Below, piece after piece: positions 57,234-64,000 of a stretch of DNA of 64,000 bases. Numbering within the stretch: the first letter of the stretch is position 1; each line of letters opens with the position of its first letter. A program made the position numbers and the translations under genes. The stretch covers positions 1,056,001-1,120,000 of the forward strand of contig MU054338.1 of assembly GCA_013239625.1 (NCBI GenBank), written 5' to 3'. Origin of the DNA: Lama guanicoe (lineage: Eukaryota). The notes under the pieces are model-generated. The model was given only the letters and a program-made list of their open reading frames with translations, searched no databases and had not been told where the DNA came from.

Positions 57234-60200
57234 CTGTGCGGAGGAGGCAGAGAACAGACAGCCAGCCATCAGTGTAGGGAGAGACAGGGACATCTCATCA
57301 GATCCCAAAGGGTCCCGGTCATTTGTCTCACAGGCCCCTACCTCGTTATAGAAGCCAAATTCTGGGTGTGAATTTAAACGTGTAAATGGGGAAAGAAAAC
57401 GACCCCAACTCATTTTGTGAAGCCCTGTGAATATTCTCCCCTTCCATTTCCTACAACTGATCGTAATTACAGACTGGTAGCAGCTTCCGTGGGTTAAAAG
57501 AACCTACAGAGACCGAGTTCTACCAGGTCCGCCTCCCGCCCCACCCCCAGGACGACGCCACCTCAATGACCTGTGTCTCCTACGGTACTGGCCACACACG
57601 TGCCCGCTCCGAACGAAAGCACGCTGAGTTTTTGGAGGGATTTCTTATGCAAAAGGTATCCTGCTGTCCCCACCCCTGCGAAACTCCCTTCTACCGTCCT
57701 GTGGGGCATTCTGGAGCCTCCTGGGTGCTCACGACCCCAGTGAACCCCCTCCCTTACTGGAAATGACCACTCGGGGGCGCAGGCAGGAGCATCGTCTGGG
57801 CAGTTTCCCGTGCCTGATCCCACCGCTGACCCTCGTGGCCCCCCTTTGAGCAGAGGGGCAGGTGAAGGGACACCCCCACCCCCACGCTGGGCCGGGCTCC
57901 CAGGGTGGAGAAGGACGCAAGGCGTGGCGGGGACACCCCCGGTCAGCGTGCGGGAAGGGGCGGTGCCGGACTCGCCCCGCCCCCACGGAACAGAAGGCGA
58001 GGGGAGGGGCGGGCCGCCACCCAGCCACTTCCTCCGCAGACCCCTCCCACCGCCAGGCCGGCCTCGCCCATCCTGCCCCCGCAGCCGCCATCCTGGGCCG
58101 TCTGTCCCCACCCGCCCGTCCCGTGGGGGTCTCTGCCCCAGAACAGTGCCGCCCAAACCCTCATCTAACCCAACTGTACGCCGGGTACAGCATGTGTTGT
58201 CAACGTCTCCCCAGGCGACCGGGGGGCACCCCCGCCATGCCCCAGGCCCAGGGGCCGTGAGCAGCCCAGATTTTGCACCCTTCCGGACCCGGCGCCGGGT
58301 ACCTAGGACCCTGGAATCCCCTGGCGTTGTTTTGCCCAGAGGTTTTGAAGGGTGTTGTGGAGGGGGTGTGAATAGAATGTAGACACGTGGGCAGGGACGC
58401 CCAGCCGTCTGGGCGACGCCCCTCGTTGCACTGCATGGAGCCCAGTGGAGGAAGGGGGGCGGCCAGATGGGGGGCAGGAAGCGGGGGAGCCAGTGGGGTC
58501 AGGGTGGCACCTCATAAATTACACACTGGGAGGCCACACCGTGTACTGGGGACTGCAGTGACCCGGGCTGACCCTGCCTCAGGGAACACTGCCACTGGCG
58601 GGGGGAGGTGGGGATTGCAGACCTGACCAGGGGCCAGGGGCAGGGACCTTGGGGACAGACCGGCAGCCGTAAGGGATGCAGGGCGGGGAGGGAGGAGGTG
58701 TCAGTAGTAACACCTGCAGAGGAGCACCAGTGGACTTCAGAGGGGCTTCTGCCATCGCCAGCTACCCAGGACAGAGCTGGACTAAAGCCTCCCCTCCCCC
58801 ATCCCTTCCTCCTGGCCGCACACATACCCCCAGCGTGGCAGAAGAGAGGGCTCAAAGCGCAGCGGGCCCTCAGAAGGCGGCTTGTGGGCCGCCTGTGGGT
58901 TATGCTCACAACTGAGGGAGGGCAGGCCCCAGGAGGCTGGGAACCCAGGTGTGCTGGTGCCACCTGTGGGGGGGGAATCACAGGCCACAACTGTGTTGCT
59001 GGGGGGGAGAGCAACTGTCCTCAAGACTACAGGTGGCTGTCCCTGTAGTCCCCTCGGGCTGCCCCCTCCCCACCCCCATGCCCCCCTAGAACAATCCAGA
59101 AAGCAGAGCCTGCAGCTGGGTGAGGGGTCCCAGTGGGAGCATCCTCAAAAGAATCACAGGGCTCAAAAGGCCCCGGAAGGGAGCCCTACCCCACTCTACT
59201 TGGATCCGACAGCTCCTGAGAGCTCAAGTCCGGAGGAGGAGAGTCCAGTTACGGGGGACGAGGCTGCTGGCTTTAAACCATACCCAGGGCCTGGGGGCGA
59301 GACGCCTCTTGGAGGGGCACGCAGTCCTGTCGCCATCTTGCAGGGCGCAGGCGGGGGAGAAGCTGAAAGGGCGACGGCATCCCGCCGCTGGTGCGCCCCG
59401 CAGTTGGCTCACTTCCCCATTTAGGGCAGCTGGGAGGTCCCGCCTCCCACCGTCCCCTCCCCTCCCCTCCGCCCCGCAGCTCTACTTTGCAACCAGCAGG
59501 TTGCCAGAGTGGAGCCAGTGCCCGCAGGGGCTGGACGCCTGCAGCCACTGGGAACACAGCTGCCGCACGTAGCTCGGCGGGCGGCAGGGACATCCGCAGC
59601 CCCAGCCGGCCCGGCTCACGTGGTCCGGCTCCCGCCGGGCCGGGGTCGCCTCCCGGGCTGGACGCCTGCCAGCCCCGCCCCACACCCCGTTGCTGGGTAG
59701 CACACGTGCACACGTGAGTGGCAGGTACCAGGGCGCACAGGCCTCCTGCCCCCACAAGGTTAAGCGAATGCCTGCAAGATGCCAGGCCCTGCCACCCTCT
59801 CACAGTCCACTGGCCGGGATGGGGTGAGGGAGGGTGGGGGTAACTTTCGGAGGCTTAGACCCGTCACGCCCAGGTGCGGCCCCCTGTCAGGCTACCAGGC
59901 TGGACGGAGCGCTTAAGGAGGGTGTGGTGGGCGGGGCTTCAGTGGACTTGACCCTCTGACTTAGGCTGGGCCTGGAGGTGAGCTCAGGACAGCCAGAAAA
60001 TGGACGCCAGGAGACCAGACAGAGGTGAGCCTGGAGGTGGTACCGTGCACCAGGCCTGGCTCAGCCTGCTGGGCCTTCATGTGGGAGAATGCCCCACCTC
60101 CCTAGACTGGGGGTTGCAGTTGGGGCCAAAGATCAGATGTGATCTCCTAAGATCACCCCTAACCTAAGGAGTGGGGAGGGAGGAATGGCCTGCAGCCAAG

Positions 60201-62337
60201 CCTTGCACAAATGCCCAACTACCAGGTGGGCAGCACAAGGGGAAGGGTCTAGGTACGGGAGCACCCCAGGAGAGCTGGGGAAGGCTGGGCTGCATGTGGC
60301 AGATGCGGGTGGGGACGGCAGGGGGGCTCCCCAAAGAAGATGGGCCTGAGCAGGCTGCAAAGAACTCCAAAGACAGTACAGAAATGCAGCCGAGAAAAGA
60401 TGGAAAATTGATGGTGAGGTCCCAAGGGCAGGGCATGGCAGGAGGTCCCCCTGTGACCAGCCATCCTGATGGCTTTACAAGGACCAGCCTGTGGGAGGTT
60501 TGTCTGCTCTGTGATCTTAAATACCCCCTAGTCATTGCTGCCCCCTAAACCCAAGACTTACAACCTCCCTCCCAGTCCTTACTCCTCCTGTAGTTTTTCC
60601 GTTTCAACCCCTCTGCTGTTGCCACCGAAAGCTTTGGCAGATGTCTCCACAGCCCTCACCTCCCCGCTTGGTACCTGGCAGCAAACCCGATCAGCACCCC
60701 CTTCAAAATATCTCCAGCTCCCATCCCCCTAGCTCCAGGTCCCAGCTCAGGCCTGGACGGGTAGGGTAGCCCAGCAACTCATGCCTGGGCCGCCCCGTCT
60801 GTGTCCTGCTCCCCGAGCTGCCCGCCGGGGCTGAGGGTCAAAGCTGAAGTCTTTTCCTTGGCCTTGACTTCCCGGCAGAGCCAGCTCCTTACCCTGCTGG
60901 TGTACGGCTCCCCCTCCCCCGCACCACACCACAGACCCTGCTCTAGACCTTCCTATCCGGGCATGCGGCCTCTTCTGGGTGTGATGTACCCAGCTCGACC
61001 ACAAAGCTGAGGGCCCAGGCCTGGCCTGCGGGGTGCTGAGTGCACCCGTTGGGGAGGCTACCGGCCCCCGGGAGGGAACGCAGGTCACGGCTCGAAGCCG
61101 CTAGCTAGCTAGCCTGCTGGTGAGTCATCAGGTTTACAACCTGCCCCCCCCACAGGTGGGAGCTAGGGCTACCCCGTTCATTTAAAAAGCAGGCCACCGG
61201 CTGCCCTACCACTCCTCCCTCCCGGAGAACCCAAGCTGCCCTGGCTTACTTCCCCACCCAGACAGCATCCTCCGCAAGGAGGGCACCGGGGGTGAGGGGC
61301 GCACAGCTTTCACAGGCCCCCCGAGCATGTGTGTTCCTCCAGAGACTGGCTATTCTAGAAACAGGACTGGGGGAGGGCAGGCTCCGCCCCCCCCCAGAGG
61401 CCAGCTCCTCAAGCTGGTATCATTTGCCACCTCCAGGGCCATCTGGGCCACCTTTATCAGGGAGCCTGGGCGGGGAGTGGTTATCACCCCCTACAATGTT
61501 AGGGCACTGCCCCCCACCTCCAGCTGGGGCTCAGGCGCTGCACCCCACTGCTGGAGGAGGGGGTTAGGTGAGGAGGCAGTCCTGGCCTGGCACTGGCCCA
61601 CTCTGGCCCCCCAGATAAGCCACCAGTCTCCGAAGCCCCAACTGGCCTCAACGGAGCTCACAGCTCTGCCTGGGGTAGGGGGCGGGGTCTGTTCACTCAG
61701 ACAGCCCTGGGGGGTGCAGGGGCGACTTCCTCTCTAGGCCTCAGTTTCCCCATCTGCCCTCCTCCTAGAGGCCTGTTCAGCAGAGAACTACCACTACCAC
61801 CACCTGCCCCCTTGGGCTGCCCAATCAGCAAACAGGGGTCACCCTCACCCCCTCCTGTCCCTAGGTCCTGGGGCTTCTCCCACCCAATTCAGGGACTGGC
61901 CCACCTCTCTCCCTCCCACACAGGGCTCCCCCTCCAACCCCTCTCCTGGATCCTAATCCCTTCCTCATAAACGGATTTTCCTCTGCAAAGCTGGGCCTGC
62001 CTCCCCCCCCACCCCTACCCTGCCCTTGGGATTAAATAGAACAGGCACCTACTCGGCCCCCTCCCCACCTCATACGACAGCCTGGTCCTCCAAATCCACA
62101 CCCCGAGGCCCTGCCCCCACCCCCTGCAGCCAGGGTGCTGTCCCCTCTCCCAGGACACACCCTTCCCTGTTCCACCTGACACCATGGTGTAAGCTGAGAT
62201 GCCTCTTCCTCCAGGAAGCCTTTTCCTCCATCCCGCTACTGTCACCACCTCCTACAATATTCTGGGAGTCCCAGGGGACAGGGACTCGGTCATCCCCAAA
62301 GTGCCTCCCACACAGTAAACGGTTAGGCAAGGTTTTA

Positions 62338-62533
62338 CAGGGCATCTCAACTGACAATGATCCCACGACTCTCCAGGGGGCACTACATGATGTCTGAGGA
62401 CATCTGTCATTGTCACAACTGGGGGTGCTCCTGGCATTGGGTGGGAGTCAGGGAGGCTGCTCAACACCCCACAGTGGTCAGGAGGCCCCAGACCAAGAAT
62501 GACCCAGCCTCAAAGTCTAGGGGGAGACCCTAG
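62338..62533 (+). mobile_element. MER20 (hAT-Charlie) DNA transposon relic
   Basis: gatgtctgaggacatctgtcattgtcacaactgggggtgctcctggcattgggtgg...gaatgacccagcc matches the MER20 consensus as recalled. Confidence 0.75.
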
Positions 62534-64000
62534 ACTAGCAGCTCCACCTCCAGATCTGAGCTTCTTCAGGGAGGAGGCCTGAGACCCCCTAGAAGGGGCT
62601 TTGGGGCGGGGGAACAGTCCGGAGATGAAGGAGGTTGGGAGAGCAAGTAGACAGCCAGCCTCTCCTCCACCCCCGCCCCACCTCCCTCCCTCTCCCTCTC
62701 GGTATCCAAGGCAACCGCGTCAACATCTCCTGCAGCTTCCAAGTCTTTCCCGGCCCCACGCTGGAGGCAGGAGAGCTCATTCTGGACCAGGGGCTGTGGG
62801 CCAGACACAGGGGACTAGAAGACAGCCCGCCCTGCTCCTCTGCAGCTGGGTGGCCCTGTGAAGAGACCCCATTGCCCCTCCTGGCCTCCCTACACCAACC
62901 TCTGTGCCAAATGGAGCAGGGATGATGGGGGACCACACTCAGCCTGGCTCCTGCTGTACCTGTTTGCTCATCCGTAAAATGGGGCCAGGCCAGGATGGGA
63001 GTTCGGGTAGAGGTGTGTGTGACAGAACTCCCTCCCAAAGGCCCTCAGGGGACAATGGCTCAGCAGACAGCTAGCATCTAATTAAGACACCTCTTCAGAT
63101 CTGTCCCCAGGCCTGCCCCCAGCAGTGGGCAACACCACTTTAACCTTGAGAGGCCCAAGCCAAGCTTGGCTTCCCCACCTCCAAAACAGGCATGAGAGCA
63201 GCTGCCCCCACTCCTGGGGGTTGGAAAAACCAAAAGATCTTGCCACTGACCCTGGGCAGGGCTTCGTGATCCTGAGGGACAGAGAGATGCTGAATTAGCA
63301 AGCATTAAGCATGAAAGCACCCCAAACCCTCCAGAAACAGCACCAAGGGCGCCTGGGTCCAGGACTCCCACTCCCAGGAGCAGCCACATGCCCCCCAGGG
63401 CCCGGCATCGTTATTAGCAAGGGGGCTTCGGGACAGCACATCCAAAACCATAGGTCTCTCGGGGGGCAAGGCATCAGGGCATGGCGCCCTGCCCTCCCCC
63501 AGTCATCACTGGGACACCCCAACTCAGCCCCTGGGCCTCAGTTTCCCATAGAAACAGACAGTAACACTGACATCTATGTCCAGGGACTTCTTTCTCTCTC
63601 AAGGACTTTGGGGGTCAGCCAACACTGCCTGGGGGCCTGCGAAGGTTCTGAAGGACCCCAGGATACCCTGGGGAGGTGTCCTTTGGGATCCATAGTGGCA
63701 GGTGGCTTCACTGGCTCCAAGAAGTTGGACAGAGTGTGAAAACCCCCAAAACAAAGCACAGCACTGCGGGGTCCAAACCGCTCTCAGGGGTCAGACCACC
63801 CGTGTCTCCGCCACACCACTAGAGTCAACTCTTCTTTTCCTCCACCCTCTCCCCCTGTTCCGACAGCGGGAGCAGGTCCACGGAGCCACGCTGAGACGCC
63901 CTGTTGCCCAACGTGACCCCTCAGGGGAAGGCGGCCGCTGGGCCCTTTATACAGAGAAAAAAAAACCTGAGAGTAGGTCGTGGGCTACAAAGTAGCAGAA

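Noticed and set aside
56773..57351. + strand ORFs over the KLF16 exon
   Set aside because: These are antisense shadows. The real frame is on the minus strand and lacks a start codon because it is a spliced exon.
1..64000. CRISPR arrays, operons or a novel multi-gene system
   Set aside because: The sequence is intron-containing mammalian DNA largely explained by four known genes and interspersed repeats. I saw no regularly spaced repeat-spacer array.

Overview
This is GC-rich mammalian (eutherian) genomic DNA with the gene order of the human 19p13.3 block: the last exon and long 3'UTR of ONECUT3 (+), a complete ATP8B3 P4-ATPase flippase gene (-), a complete REXO1 gene (-), and the last exon plus part of the intron of KLF16 (-). 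I traced the exons by hand at GT/AG boundaries with consistent phases. REXO1 splices to 1219 aa. ATP8B3 splices to about 1344 aa if translation starts at the Met at 25306. The tRNA-derived SINEs and the LTR type suggest an artiodactyl, probably a camelid (inference from recalled repeat consensus). Most ORFs in the supplied track are GC-rich shadows or exon-plus-intron read-throughs. I found no novel multi-gene system; this is a known locus. The most interesting details are: (1) frameshifted and decayed N- and C-terminal coding segments of ATP8B3; (2) an in-frame alternative acceptor 261 nt upstream of the ONECUT3 homeobox exon; (3) a cluster of miR-9, let-7, miR-124 and miR-218 seed sites in the ONECUT3 3'UTR; (4) an orphan CpG island with an RFX X-box; and (5) a strong-context Arg-rich uORF upstream of REXO1. 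All comparisons to human or mouse proteins and to repeat consensus sequences are from memory and need alignment to confirm.
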